A DNA stretch of 35,480 bases from Mycobacterium sp. (GTDB lineage: Bacteria > Actinomycetota > Actinomycetes > Mycobacteriales > Mycobacteriaceae), in the NCBI GenBank assembly GCA_032162865.1, contig JAVROG010000201.1, forward strand, positions 1 to 35,480. Direction: 5' to 3'. Position numbers and translations under genes: made by a program. This document shows, piece by piece, positions 1 through 8,861 of this stretch (position 1 is the first letter of the stretch; each line of letters opens with the position of its first letter). The notes under the pieces are model-generated. The model searched no databases and was not told the origin of the DNA. It was given only the letters and a program-made list of their open reading frames with translations.

Positions 1-77
1 GCCCATGAGCACTGTTCTACACCGTTGACCAACAAGGTTCCAGATCGTCACTGGGTCTCGCCGGGTCTCATTCGGCA

Positions 78-1148
78 TCAACGGGTTTCGGTCACCGCAG
101 TCCACTTCGCCTCGATCCGCCCGTAACGCCACACCAAAAGCGCGGTGGCCCAGGCGGTGACGAACATCCCGACGACGACAAAGCCGACCGTGTTCAGGTC
201 GAGGCCGGCGAGCCAGTCCCAGAACGGGCCGTGCCAGCCGAGCTGGTCGGCGAACAGGCCGAGGAGTTCCACCGTGCCGATCAGCAGCGCGACCGCCACC
301 GATAGTCCGGTGATGGCGATGTTGTAGTAGATCTTGCGGACCGGGTTGGAGAACGCCCAGCCGTAGGCGAAGTTCATGAACGAGCCGTCGATGGTGTCCA
401 GCAGACACATGCCTGCGGTGAACAGCACCGGCAGACAAAGGACGGCATACCAGGGCAACCCGGAGGCTGCGCTGGTCCCAGCGAGAACGAGCAGTGCGAT
501 CTCGGTGGCGGTGTCGAATCCCAGGCCGAAGAGCAGTCCGACCGGATACATATGCCAGGACTTGGTGATCGACTTGGTGATGCGGCCGAGAAACCGATTG
601 ATCAAACCGCGGTTGTCCAATTGCTGGTCGAGTTCCGTTTCGTCGTACTCGCCACGGCGCAGCCGCACGAATACCCGGAGTATGCCGAACAGGACGATTG
701 CATTGAGGATGGCGATCAGATAGAGGAACAGGCCCGAGATGCTGGTGCCGATCAAGCCGGTGTAGTGGTGCAGGTTCGAGGAATCGTTCTCGACCGGCTC
801 GGCCGCGGCCTTCATGACGGCCCTCGACCCGGTCGCCAGCAGCAGAGCCAGCGCGAAAACCACCGTGGCGTGGCCCAGCGCGAAAAAAAATCCCACGGCA
901 ACAGGACGTTGTCCGTCGCTCATGAGTTTGCGGGTGGTGTTGTCGATGGCGGCGATATGGTCGGCGTCGAACGCGTGCCGCAACCCCAGGGTGTAGGCAG
1001 TGAGCCCGATACCGACACCAAATGTCTTGCCGCCCAAACTCAGATGTGCCGGCTCTACCACGACGACCAGGGTTATCCAGCCAATCAGATGCAGGGCTGC
1101 GATCACCGCGAGCATCAGTCCCATCCGCCACCATTGCGCCGGTGACAC
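78..1148 (-). CDS. nicT: NiCoT (HoxN/HupN/NixA family) nickel/cobalt permease; the true start may be an out-of-frame ATG at 1206 (see findings)
   Basis: Contains the NiCoT signature RHAFDADHIAAID plus FFFALGH and LGFDTATE, with multiple TM segments; resembles Mtb Rv2856. Confidence 0.93.
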   Translation of the reverse strand: MSPAQWWRMGLMLAVIAALHLIGWITLVVVVEPAHLSLGGKTFGVGIGLTAYTLGLRHAFDADHIAAIDNTTRKLMSDGQRPVAVGFFFALGHATVVFALALLLATGSRAVMKAAAEPVENDSSNLHHYTGLIGTSISGLFLYLIAILNAIVLFGILRVFVRLRRGEYDETELDQQLDNRGLINRFLGRITKSITKSWHMYPVGLLFGLGFDTATEIALLVLAGTSAASGLPWYAVLCLPVLFTAGMCLLDTIDGSFMNFAYGWAFSNPVRKIYYNIAITGLSVAVALLIGTVELLGLFADQLGWHGPFWDWLAGLDLNTVGFVVVGMFVTAWATALLVWRYGRIEAKWTAVTETR

Positions 1149-1233
1149 GAGACTGCGCAGTGTGGACTGCGCGGGCGAGGGGTCCTTCCAATGTTGAGCT
1201 ATCCATCGACTTTAGGGTCGCGTTCGAGCTGAA

Positions 1234-1248
1234 TGCAAGTGACTTGCA
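1234..1248. promoter_or_regulatory. Perfect 7-1-7 inverted repeat TGCAAGT-G-ACTTGCA, candidate Fur-family operator
   Basis: Palindrome read directly between divergent nicT and the Fur-family gene; 7-1-7 geometry is typical of Fur-family boxes and matches the recalled Streptomyces Nur box TGCAA-N5-TTGCA. Confidence 0.7.
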
Positions 1249-1306
1249 GGAAGGTGCCGGTCGGGTGGGCGTTGGCAATCTCAGCATTTGGCGCGACACT
1301 GGTCAG

Positions 1307-1858
1307 GTGACGATTGAACCGGCGGGGTTGGACCCGGCGGCCACCGAACGGATCGGCGAATTCCTACGTGCGCGAGGGCTGCGCCGGATGGCGTCGCGGA
1401 TCCAGGTCTTGGCGGTGATCGAACCAATCAACGGGCACCTGTCGGTGGCCGAGATCCGCAACCGGTTGCCTGCGTGCTTGCCGGCTGGTGTTCAGCCGCC
1501 CGACCTTGCGACCATCTACCGCACGGTGACCACGCTCGTCGATGAGGGCGTCTTGCACGCGCTGACCCTCGATGGGGGGGTCACCACCTACGGGATGGCC
1601 ACCGCTCCGCACCATCATGCGGTGTGCACCCAATGCAAGGCGATCATCGAAGTTCCTGCGCGACAGCTGAGCTCGGCTCTTGAGCACGCGAGGGCGGGAA
1701 GTTCCTTCGCGCTCTCCGAACAGGCCGGCCTCACACTGAGGGGCCTTTGCCCGGCCTGTCAGGCTGATGTCACTGAAGGTCCAGCAGCGCGTTCTCGATC
1801 ACCTCGGGCAGTGCCGGGTGGATCCAGTACTGACCGCGGGCCATCTCAGAGGCGGTAA
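1307..1858 (+). CDS. Fur-family metalloregulator (start placed at GTG 1307; the ORF-track start at 1022 lies inside nicT)
   Basis: Recognition helix DLATIYRTV, HHHAVCTQC and a C-terminal CPAC zinc motif. Confidence 0.88.
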   Translation: MTIEPAGLDPAATERIGEFLRARGLRRMASRIQVLAVIEPINGHLSVAEIRNRLPACLPAGVQPPDLATIYRTVTTLVDEGVLHALTLDGGVTTYGMATAPHHHAVCTQCKAIIEVPARQLSSALEHARAGSSFALSEQAGLTLRGLCPACQADVTEGPAARSRSPRAVPGGSSTDRGPSQRR

Positions 1859-3161
1859 GTCCGAAGCTCATCGCCTGGATCAGCGGCTGAATCAGCATCG
1901 ATGCCTCGTGTCCCATGAAATGCGCGCCCAGCAAGCGGCCGGTGCCACGCTCGGCGATCAGCTTGACGATCCCGGTGGTGTCCTCCATCGCCCAGCCGTA
2001 GGCGACGTCGCCGTAGTCCTGAATCTTGACCGAGATGTCGTATCCCTGCGCCAGCGCCTGATTTTCGGTAAGCCCGACGCTGGCCAGCTGCGGATCGGTG
2101 AACACCGCAGACGGCACGAACCGATGATCGGTGACGGCCATCGATTCGGTGTCATCCCAGTCGCACAGCAGATTGTGTGCCACCACGCGCGCTTCGTGGT
2201 TGGCGACGTGCTTGAGCTGGTATGGCGACGAGACATCGCCGAGTGCGAAAACGTTACGCGCTGAAGTTCTTTGGTATTCGTCCACGACCACCCGGCCGAA
2301 CTCGACGTCGACGCCAGCCTGGTCGAGGTCCAGCAGATCGGAGTTGGGTGTCCGGCCGGTCGCCACCAGCAGTAGGTCGGCGTCGATCGTGCTGCCGTCG
2401 TCCAGTTTGACGGTGACGCCGGAGCCGCGATTTTCGGCGCCGACAATGTTGCGCTGTGCGCGCAACTCCCACTTGTTGGCTGCGAGGCGGGTAAACCGTT
2501 CGCAGATGGCGTCGTCGGAGTGCTTGAGCAGGGTGCCGCCGCGCATCACGATGGTGACCTGCACCCCGAGTGCGGAAAACACATGCGCGAATTCCGCTGC
2601 CACGTAACCGCTTCCGACGATCATCAGGTGCTCGGGCAGCGCGGGTATCCGCATGACGGTGTCACTGGTGTGGTAGGTCACGCCGGAGTCGTGAATTGCC
2701 GGCGGGACCAGCGGCCGTGAGCCCGTCGCGATCACCACCTGCTCGGCGGTGAACTCGTCACCGGATTCGGTGCGCAGCAGGTAACGCCCGTCGGACTGCA
2801 CCGGTCCGAAACGGATGTGCTGGCCGTACACATCGACATTGGGCAAGGAACGCCGATAGTCTTCGCCGCTGTTCGCGACCGGGTCGATGCGGCCGAACAC
2901 GCGCGAAACGATGTCGTCCCAGCGCACCCCGTCGAGGTGTGCGTCCACGCCGTACTTGGCGGCTTCCCGGATGGTCTGGGCGACCTCGGCGGCGTAGACG
3001 AACATCTTCGTCGGGATGCATCCTACGTTCAGACAGGTGCCGCCGAAGGTGCCCTGCTCGCAGATCGCCACCCGTTTGGACTTATAGCGTTCGTCGACAA
3101 TCGTGTTGCCCGAACCGGTTCCGATGATAGCGACGTCGTAGGTCTCCATAGGGGTGGTCAC
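1770..3161 (-). CDS. mtr: Mycothione (mycothiol disulfide) reductase; alternative start ATG 3149
   Basis: GTGSG FAD motif, redox CLNVGC, C-terminal YWIHPALPE; synteny with Rv2855. Confidence 0.95.
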   Translation of the reverse strand: MTTPMETYDVAIIGTGSGNTIVDERYKSKRVAICEQGTFGGTCLNVGCIPTKMFVYAAEVAQTIREAAKYGVDAHLDGVRWDDIVSRVFGRIDPVANSGEDYRRSLPNVDVYGQHIRFGPVQSDGRYLLRTESGDEFTAEQVVIATGSRPLVPPAIHDSGVTYHTSDTVMRIPALPEHLMIVGSGYVAAEFAHVFSALGVQVTIVMRGGTLLKHSDDAICERFTRLAANKWELRAQRNIVGAENRGSGVTVKLDDGSTIDADLLLVATGRTPNSDLLDLDQAGVDVEFGRVVVDEYQRTSARNVFALGDVSSPYQLKHVANHEARVVAHNLLCDWDDTESMAVTDHRFVPSAVFTDPQLASVGLTENQALAQGYDISVKIQDYGDVAYGWAMEDTTGIVKLIAERGTGRLLGAHFMGHEASMLIQPLIQAMSFGLTASEMARGQYWIHPALPEVIENALLDLQ

Positions 3162-4174
3162 CCTTTCCCCGACGAAGCCGAGGCGTCGGTGTCGTTGTGT
3201 CTGCTGAGTTGATCCTCAAGCCAGCGATCGAGATGGCGATACGCTATCTGGCGTGGCTGTGCCAGGGACAGGAACACATCGTGTTTGGCATCCACCACGG
3301 GAATGATGGTGCTGCGGTTTCCGATACAACCGGCCCAGCGGGCGATCTGGCTGACATCGAGCACCGCGTCACCGCATTCCAGCGCGGCGGGTCCGGCGGT
3401 TTCGGCCACCGTGTGATCCGAACGCAAAATCAGGTTGGGTACACCGACGTCGAGTCCGCGATGCAGCTTCGCCTGGCCGCGGCGCACGGCGTGCAGCCAG
3501 CCGAAAGTGATCGGGAAGCCGCCTAATGGCTTCCATTGCAGGTTGTAGTCGAACTCGCCGTGGTAGTCGCGGTGCAGGCTGGATCCGTAGCCGCCGGCGC
3601 TGCTGCCCCGGGCGATGCCCTTGCTGCGCATCCGCGACATCGCGCCGATGGCGGCAGAGGTCACGCCGAGGCGCAGGATCGCCCGGCCCTGCAAATCGAG
3701 AAAGGGGCTGTTGAGCACCAGCCCCGCGACACCGGCCAGCGCGCTTTCCCGCCGCAGGCGGTCCAGCCACAGCGACACGATCAGACCGCCGGCCGAATGC
3801 CCGTACACCAGGATTTTGATGTCCCGGGACTTCTCGCGAACGAGTGTCAGCGCCCGGTTGAGTTCGGCGTCGTAGTGGGCGAGGTTGCTGGTGAAGTGGG
3901 GTGTCTGATCCGCCCGGTGGGAGCGACCGCACTTGCGCAGGTCAAGCGCGTAGAACAGGAAGCCGCGGTCGGCGAAGTGATCGGCCAACGCGGTATTGAA
4001 GAAATAGTCGGTGTAGCCGTGCACCGCCAACACGGCGTGGTCTGCCGCAGCGGTGTCGCCCCTCCGGATCAGGGTTGCGACGATGTCGCCCTCGCCGTCG
4101 GGATCGGGGCCGAGCGGGAGGGTGTACTGCCAGTAGCCGGGCAGGACGTCGGGCACCCAGCCTGTCGCCGTCAC
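3158..4174 (-). CDS. Alpha/beta hydrolase, lysophospholipase-like (Rv2854-like)
   Basis: VHGYTDY, nucleophile elbow GHSAGG, C-terminal AKHD; 4-bp overlap with mtr. Confidence 0.88.
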   Translation of the reverse strand: MTATGWVPDVLPGYWQYTLPLGPDPDGEGDIVATLIRRGDTAAADHAVLAVHGYTDYFFNTALADHFADRGFLFYALDLRKCGRSHRADQTPHFTSNLAHYDAELNRALTLVREKSRDIKILVYGHSAGGLIVSLWLDRLRRESALAGVAGLVLNSPFLDLQGRAILRLGVTSAAIGAMSRMRSKGIARGSSAGGYGSSLHRDYHGEFDYNLQWKPLGGFPITFGWLHAVRRGQAKLHRGLDVGVPNLILRSDHTVAETAGPAALECGDAVLDVSQIARWAGCIGNRSTIIPVVDAKHDVFLSLAQPRQIAYRHLDRWLEDQLSRHNDTDASASSGKG

Positions 4175-4180
4175 CGGGCC

Positions 4181-4186
4181 AGCTTA
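4181..4186 (-). promoter_or_regulatory. -10 hexamer TAAGCT, leaderless geometry for the hydrolase-mtr unit
   Basis: TANNNT located 6 nt upstream of GTG 4174. Confidence 0.55.
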
Positions 4187-4287
4187 AAGCGCCAGAGATG
4201 TGCGTCTCGAAACGGCCGACCATCGCCGCGGCTTGTTGCGGCGATAACCTTGGGGAACCCGCCGACCTGGAAAGGACCAATGATCCG

Positions 4288-5769
4288 GTGGCAGAACTAG
4301 CCATAACCGACGTCGTGCTGGTGGGTGCCGGGATCATGAGTGCCACCCTGGGTGCGATTCTGCGGCGGCTGGAACCGGATTGGTCGATCACCGTGATCGA
4401 ACGACTGGACGGCGTCGGTGCCGAAAGTAGCGGTCCGTGGAACAACGCCGGCACCGGCCACGCTGGACTGTGCGAAATGAACTACACGCCAGCCAGACCC
4501 GATGGCTCGATCGACATCGCCAAAGCGGTGCTGATCAACGAGCAGTTCCAGATCACCCGCCAGTTCTGGGCGTATGCGGTGGAAAACGGGATCTTGGGCG
4601 ACGTGCGGAGCTTCCTCAACCCGGTCCCGCACGTGAGTTTCGTACATGGCGCTCCCGGCGTCGACTATCTGCGGCGGCGCCGCGACGCGTTGGCGCGCAA
4701 CCCGTTGTTCGCGGCCACCGAGTTGATCGATGATGCCGACGAGTTCGCCCGCCGACTGCCGTTCATGGCCGCCAAACGGAATTTCTCCGAGCCGGTTGCC
4801 CTCAACTGGGCCTCCGACGGCACGGACGTCGACTTCGGTGCGCTGACCCGACAGCTCGTCGGCTACTGCGTGCGCACCGGTGCCACCGTGTTGTTCGGTC
4901 ACGAGGTGCGCACCATGTCCCGCCGGTCCGATGGCAGCTGGACCTTGACCGTCGGTAACCGACGCACCGGTGAAAAGCGCAAGCTGAACGCCAAGTTCGT
5001 CTTCGTCGGTGCCGGCGGCGATGCCCTGCCGTTGTTGCAGAAGGCCGGCATCGACGAGATCAAGGGCTTCGCCGGTTTCCCGATCGGCGGCCGCTTCCTG
5101 CGGACCAACAATCCCGCGCTCTCCGCGGCGCACCGGGCCAAGGTGTACGGCGCCCCGTCGGCGGGAGCCCCGCCGCTGGGCGCTCTGCACCTCGATCTCC
5201 GGTTCGTCAACGGCAAACCGTGGTTGGTGTTCGGGCCCTACGCCGGCTGGTCCCCGAAATTCCTGAAACACGGACACCTCAGCGATCTGCCCCGGTCGAT
5301 CCGGCCGAACAACCTGTTGTCCATGCTCGGTGTCGGAGTGGGGGAGTTGACTCTGGTCAACTATCTGATCAACCAACTGCGCCTCGCCGAACCCGACCGG
5401 ATCCGAGCCCTGCGCGAATTCGCGCCCAGTGCAGCGGATCCGGATTGGGAACTGACCGTGGCCGGTCAGCGGGTGCAGGTAATCCGGCGCGACAGGCGCA
5501 AAGGCGGGGTGCTGGATTTCGGCACCACCATCGTGGGCGCGGCGGACGGCAGCATCGCTGGGCTGCTGGGCGGTTCGCCGGGCGCATCGACGGCTGTGCC
5601 TGCGATGTTGGAGGTGCTGGAGCGCTGTTTCGCCAACCGGTATCCGTCCTGGCTGCCTACCCTGAAGGAGATAGTGCCTTCGCTGGGAGCGCAACTGTCG
5701 CGTGAACCCGCCTTGTACGACGAGTTGCGGTCGTGGACCGCCAGCACACTACAGTTGGATGCCGCATGA
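4288..5769 (+). CDS. mqo: Malate:quinone oxidoreductase (start placed at GTG 4288)
   Basis: [35 protein letters not shown] motifs; SD GAAAGGA at 4270-4276. Confidence 0.95.
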   Translation: MAELAITDVVLVGAGIMSATLGAILRRLEPDWSITVIERLDGVGAESSGPWNNAGTGHAGLCEMNYTPARPDGSIDIAKAVLINEQFQITRQFWAYAVENGILGDVRSFLNPVPHVSFVHGAPGVDYLRRRRDALARNPLFAATELIDDADEFARRLPFMAAKRNFSEPVALNWASDGTDVDFGALTRQLVGYCVRTGATVLFGHEVRTMSRRSDGSWTLTVGNRRTGEKRKLNAKFVFVGAGGDALPLLQKAGIDEIKGFAGFPIGGRFLRTNNPALSAAHRAKVYGAPSAGAPPLGALHLDLRFVNGKPWLVFGPYAGWSPKFLKHGHLSDLPRSIRPNNLLSMLGVGVGELTLVNYLINQLRLAEPDRIRALREFAPSAADPDWELTVAGQRVQVIRRDRRKGGVLDFGTTIVGAADGSIAGLLGGSPGASTAVPAMLEVLERCFANRYPSWLPTLKEIVPSLGAQLSREPALYDELRSWTASTLQLDAA

Positions 5770-5793
5770 CGCGCGCAGAGGAGAGCGGCACGA

Positions 5794-6294
5794 ATGACTG
5801 AAGCGTTACGCCGGGTCTGGGCCAAAGACCTTGACGCGCAGATACTTTACGAGCTCCTCAAGCTCCGTGTCGAGGTGTTCGTGGTGGAACAGGCTTGCCC
5901 CTACCCGGAGCTGGATGGGCGCGACCTGCTCGCCGAGACCCGGCACTTCTGGCTGGAAACACCTGAGGGAGAAGTGATCTGCACGCTGCGGCTGATGGAA
6001 GAACACGCCGGTGGTGAGAAGGCGTTCCGGATCGGCCGGGTGTGCACGAAGCGCAGCGCGCGCGGCCAGGGCCAGGCGACCCGCCTGCTGCGCGCCGCGC
6101 TGGCCGAGGTGGGCGACTATCCGTGCCGGATCGACGCGCAGAAATACCTCGCGGACATGTATACCCAGCACGGGTTCATCCGTGCCGGTGACGATTTCCT
6201 CGATGACGGCATACCGCACGTGCCGATGCTCAGGCCCGGTTCAGGGCCTGGTTCAGGACCCGGTCCCGGCCTAGGTCCGGCGGGCGCCCGGTGA
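5794..6294 (+). CDS. GNAT acetyltransferase, ElaA-like (Rv2851c-like)
   Basis: [35 protein letters not shown]. Confidence 0.9.
   Translation: MTEALRRVWAKDLDAQILYELLKLRVEVFVVEQACPYPELDGRDLLAETRHFWLETPEGEVICTLRLMEEHAGGEKAFRIGRVCTKRSARGQGQATRLLRAALAEVGDYPCRIDAQKYLADMYTQHGFIRAGDDFLDDGIPHVPMLRPGSGPGSGPGPGLGPAGAR
6235..6270 (+). repeat. About 3 x 12-bp coding tandem repeat (PGSG/PGPG) in the GNAT tail
   Basis: CCCGGTTCAGGG-CCTGGTTCAGGA-CCCGGTCCCGGC. Confidence 0.7.
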
Positions 6295-8198
6295 AGCCCT
6301 ATCCCTTCAGCGCCATCGTCGGGCACGACCAACTGCGGCTCGCGCTGCTGTTATGCGCCGTGCGCCCGGAGATCGGCGGTGCGCTCATCCGTGGCGAGAA
6401 GGGCACCGCCAAATCGACCGCCGTGCGCGGACTGGCCGCATTGCTGTCGGCCGCGACCGGATCCGGCGGTGCCGGACTGGTCGAGATGCCGTTGGGGGCC
6501 ACCGAGGACCGGGTGGTGGGGTCGCTGGACCTGCAGCGGGTGCTGCGCGACGGCGAACACGCGTTTTCGCCAGGACTGCTGGCCCGCGCCCACGGCGGCG
6601 TGCTTTATGTCGACGAGGTCAACCTCTTGCATGACCACTTGGTCGACATCCTGCTCGACGCCGCCGCGATGGGGCGCGTGCACATCGAACGCGACGGCAT
6701 CTCCCATTCCCACGAGGCGCGGTTCGTGCTGATCGGAACGATGAATCCCGAAGAGGGCGAACTGCGTCCGCAGCTGCTGGACCGTTTCGGGCTCACCGTC
6801 GATGTCCAGGCATCACGTGACGTGGACGTGCGGGTGGAGGTGATCCGCGAGCGGATGGCCTACGAAGCCGACCCCGACGCGTTCGCCGAACGCTACGCCG
6901 ACGCTGACGCCGAGCTGGCAAGGCGGATTGCGGCAGCCCGGGCGGTCGTCGACGATGTGGTGTTGCCGGACAACGAGTTACGGCGGATCGCGGCGCTGTG
7001 CGCGGCGTTCGATGTCGACGGCATGCGGGCCGACCTGGTGGTGGCTCGCACCGCCGTCGCCCACGCCGCCTGGCGGGGTGCCCGCAGTGTCGACGAACAG
7101 GACATCCGGGTGGCGGCCGAGCTGGCGTTGCCGCATCGCCGTCGCCGGGACCCCTTCGACGATCACGGCATCGACCGCGACGAACTGGACGAGGCGCTGG
7201 CGAAGGCCTCCGAAGGCCAAGTAGCCAACTCCCCGCATGACCCGGAACCGGACCCCGATCCGCCCGGCGGCGGTCAATCCGCCGATGAGCATGCCCCGCA
7301 ATCGAATTCGCAACCTCAACGCGCGCCGCAGCCCTGCTCAATGGGCGACGACCCGCAGCGCCCGGCTTCGCCGCCCTCGCGGTCGTCGCCGGGCTCAAGT
7401 GCCCCGCCGGCGAAGGTCTTTCGCACCCGGGCTTTGACGATCCCAGGAGTCGGCGAGGGAGCGCCCGGTCGACGATCACGCGCTCGCAACGCCTCGGGCA
7501 GCGTGGTAGCCGCCGCCGACCCGCGTGACGCGGGTGCGCATGGCCTGCACCTGTTCGCCACCGTGCTGGCTGCGGCCGAGCACGCCCGCGGAGCGGGGGC
7601 GTTGCGGCTGCTACCCGACGATCTGCGCCGGGCAGTGCGCGAGGGCCGCGAGGGCAACCTGGTGATCTTTGTCGTCGACGCGTCCGGATCGATGGCCGCC
7701 CGCGACCGCATGGCGGCCGTCAGCGGTGCCGCGATGTCGCTGTTGCGCGATGCCTACCAGCGACGGGACAAAGTCGCCGTCGTCACCTTCCGGCAGCAGC
7801 AGGCCAAGATATTGTTGCCGCCGACGTCCTCGGCGCACATCGCCGGGCGGCGGCTGGCCCAGTTCGACACCGGCGGCAAGACGCCGCTGGCCGAAGGTCT
7901 GCTGGCCGCGCGCGAACTCGTGCTCCGGGAGAAGGTTCGCGACCGGGCGCGGCGTTCCCTGGTGGTGGTGCTGACCGATGGTCGCGCGACCGCCGGCCCG
8001 GACCCGTTGGGCCGCAGCCGAATCGCAGCGGCACGGTTGGTCGCTGAAGGCGCCGCCGCCGTCGTCGTGGACTGCGAGACGTCGTATGTGCGACTGGGAC
8101 TGGCCGGCCAGCTGGCCCGCCAGCTGGGGGCTCCGGTCATCCGGCTGGAGCATCTGCACGCCGACCATCTGACCCAGGCCATTCGTAGCGTGGCCTGA
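6291..8198 (+). CDS. ChlI/ChlD-type chelatase subunit (AAA+, Pro-rich linker, vWA), probably the cobaltochelatase ATPase partner (Rv2850c-like)
   Basis: Walker [39 protein letters not shown]; lies directly upstream of cobO-cobB. Confidence 0.9.
   Translation: MKPYPFSAIVGHDQLRLALLLCAVRPEIGGALIRGEKGTAKSTAVRGLAALLSAATGSGGAGLVEMPLGATEDRVVGSLDLQRVLRDGEHAFSPGLLARAHGGVLYVDEVNLLHDHLVDILLDAAAMGRVHIERDGISHSHEARFVLIGTMNPEEGELRPQLLDRFGLTVDVQASRDVDVRVEVIRERMAYEADPDAFAERYADADAELARRIAAARAVVDDVVLPDNELRRIAALCAAFDVDGMRADLVVARTAVAHAAWRGARSVDEQDIRVAAELALPHRRRRDPFDDHGIDRDELDEALAKASEGQVANSPHDPEPDPDPPGGGQSADEHAPQSNSQPQRAPQPCSMGDDPQRPASPPSRSSPGSSAPPAKVFRTRALTIPGVGEGAPGRRSRARNASGSVVAAADPRDAGAHGLHLFATVLAAAEHARGAGALRLLPDDLRRAVREGREGNLVIFVVDASGSMAARDRMAAVSGAAMSLLRDAYQRRDKVAVVTFRQQQAKILLPPTSSAHIAGRRLAQFDTGGKTPLAEGLLAARELVLREKVRDRARRSLVVVLTDGRATAGPDPLGRSRIAAARLVAEGAAAVVVDCETSYVRLGLAGQLARQLGAPVIRLEHLHADHLTQAIRSVA
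7344..7390 (-). repeat. REP-like palindromic element translated in frame inside the chelatase linker
   Basis: 10-bp perfect arms GGCGACGACC/GGTCGTCGCC; core GACCCGCAGCGCCCGGCTTCGCCGC matches the reverse complement of the element at 32571-32615. Confidence 0.8.
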
Positions 8199-8218
8199 GT
8201 ATGGACCGGTAATCACTC

Positions 8219-8839
8219 ATGCCACAGGGCAATCCGATCGACGTCCCAGCCGATGGCCTGACCACTCGGGCCCGGCGCAACACCCCGATCCTGGCGGTGC
8301 ACACCGGCGACGGCAAAGGGAAATCGACGGCCGCGTTCGGAATGGCATTGCGGGCCTGGAATGTCGGACTGGACGTCGCGGTCTTCCAGTTCGTCAAGAG
8401 TGCGAAGTGGAAAGTCGGCGAAGAATCGGCGTTCCGGGAGCTGGGCCAATTGCACGACCAGCGTGGGGTCGGCGGCGCAGTGGAATGGCACAAAATGGGC
8501 GCCGGCTGGTCTTGGATACGCAAGTCGCGTACGGCAAGCGACGTCGACCATGCCGCGGCAGCCGCAGACGGCTGGGCCGAGATCGCCCGACGGCTCGAGG
8601 CGCAGCGCCATGACTTCTATGTGCTCGACGAGTTCACCTACCCGCTGAAGTGGGGTTGGCTCGACGTCGACAGCGTGGTGGAAGCCCTGGTGACACGACC
8701 CGGCCACCAGCATGTGGTGATCACCGGCCGCGACGCACCGCCGCGCCTGGTCGAGGCCGCCGACCTGGTGACCGAGATGACCAAGGTGAAGCACCCGATG
8801 GATGCGGGCCGAAAAGGCCAGAAGGGCATCGAGTGGTGA
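8219..8839 (+). CDS. cobO: Cob(I)yrinic acid a,c-diamide adenosyltransferase
   Basis: HTGDGKGKSTAAFG, QFVK, LDE, ITGR, ADLVTEMTKVKHP, GIEW. Confidence 0.95.
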   Translation: MPQGNPIDVPADGLTTRARRNTPILAVHTGDGKGKSTAAFGMALRAWNVGLDVAVFQFVKSAKWKVGEESAFRELGQLHDQRGVGGAVEWHKMGAGWSWIRKSRTASDVDHAAAAADGWAEIARRLEAQRHDFYVLDEFTYPLKWGWLDVDSVVEALVTRPGHQHVVITGRDAPPRLVEAADLVTEMTKVKHPMDAGRKGQKGIEW

Positions 8840-8861
8840 ACCCGCTGACCCGGATCGTCAG

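Noticed and set aside
1-77. Possible start of another minus-strand gene (CAT at 4-6)
   Set aside because: Only two codons lie within the window, so it cannot be supported
1234-1248. Palindrome as a KstR2 site (AnCAAGnnCTTGnT)
   Set aside because: CAAG and CTTG are 3 nt apart rather than 2, and the context is metal transport
4280-4300. Out-of-frame uORF MIRWQN* overlapping the mqo start
   Set aside because: The ATG is only 3 nt from the SD, a poor spacing, and nothing else supports it
7200-7440. Programmed -1 frameshift of the type reported for some chlD genes
   Set aside because: The gene is one continuous frame and I see no A-run or X XXY YYZ slippery site in the linker
6200-8220. Cobalamin riboswitch ahead of the cob genes
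   Set aside because: No intergenic space long enough and no B12-box-like sequence seen
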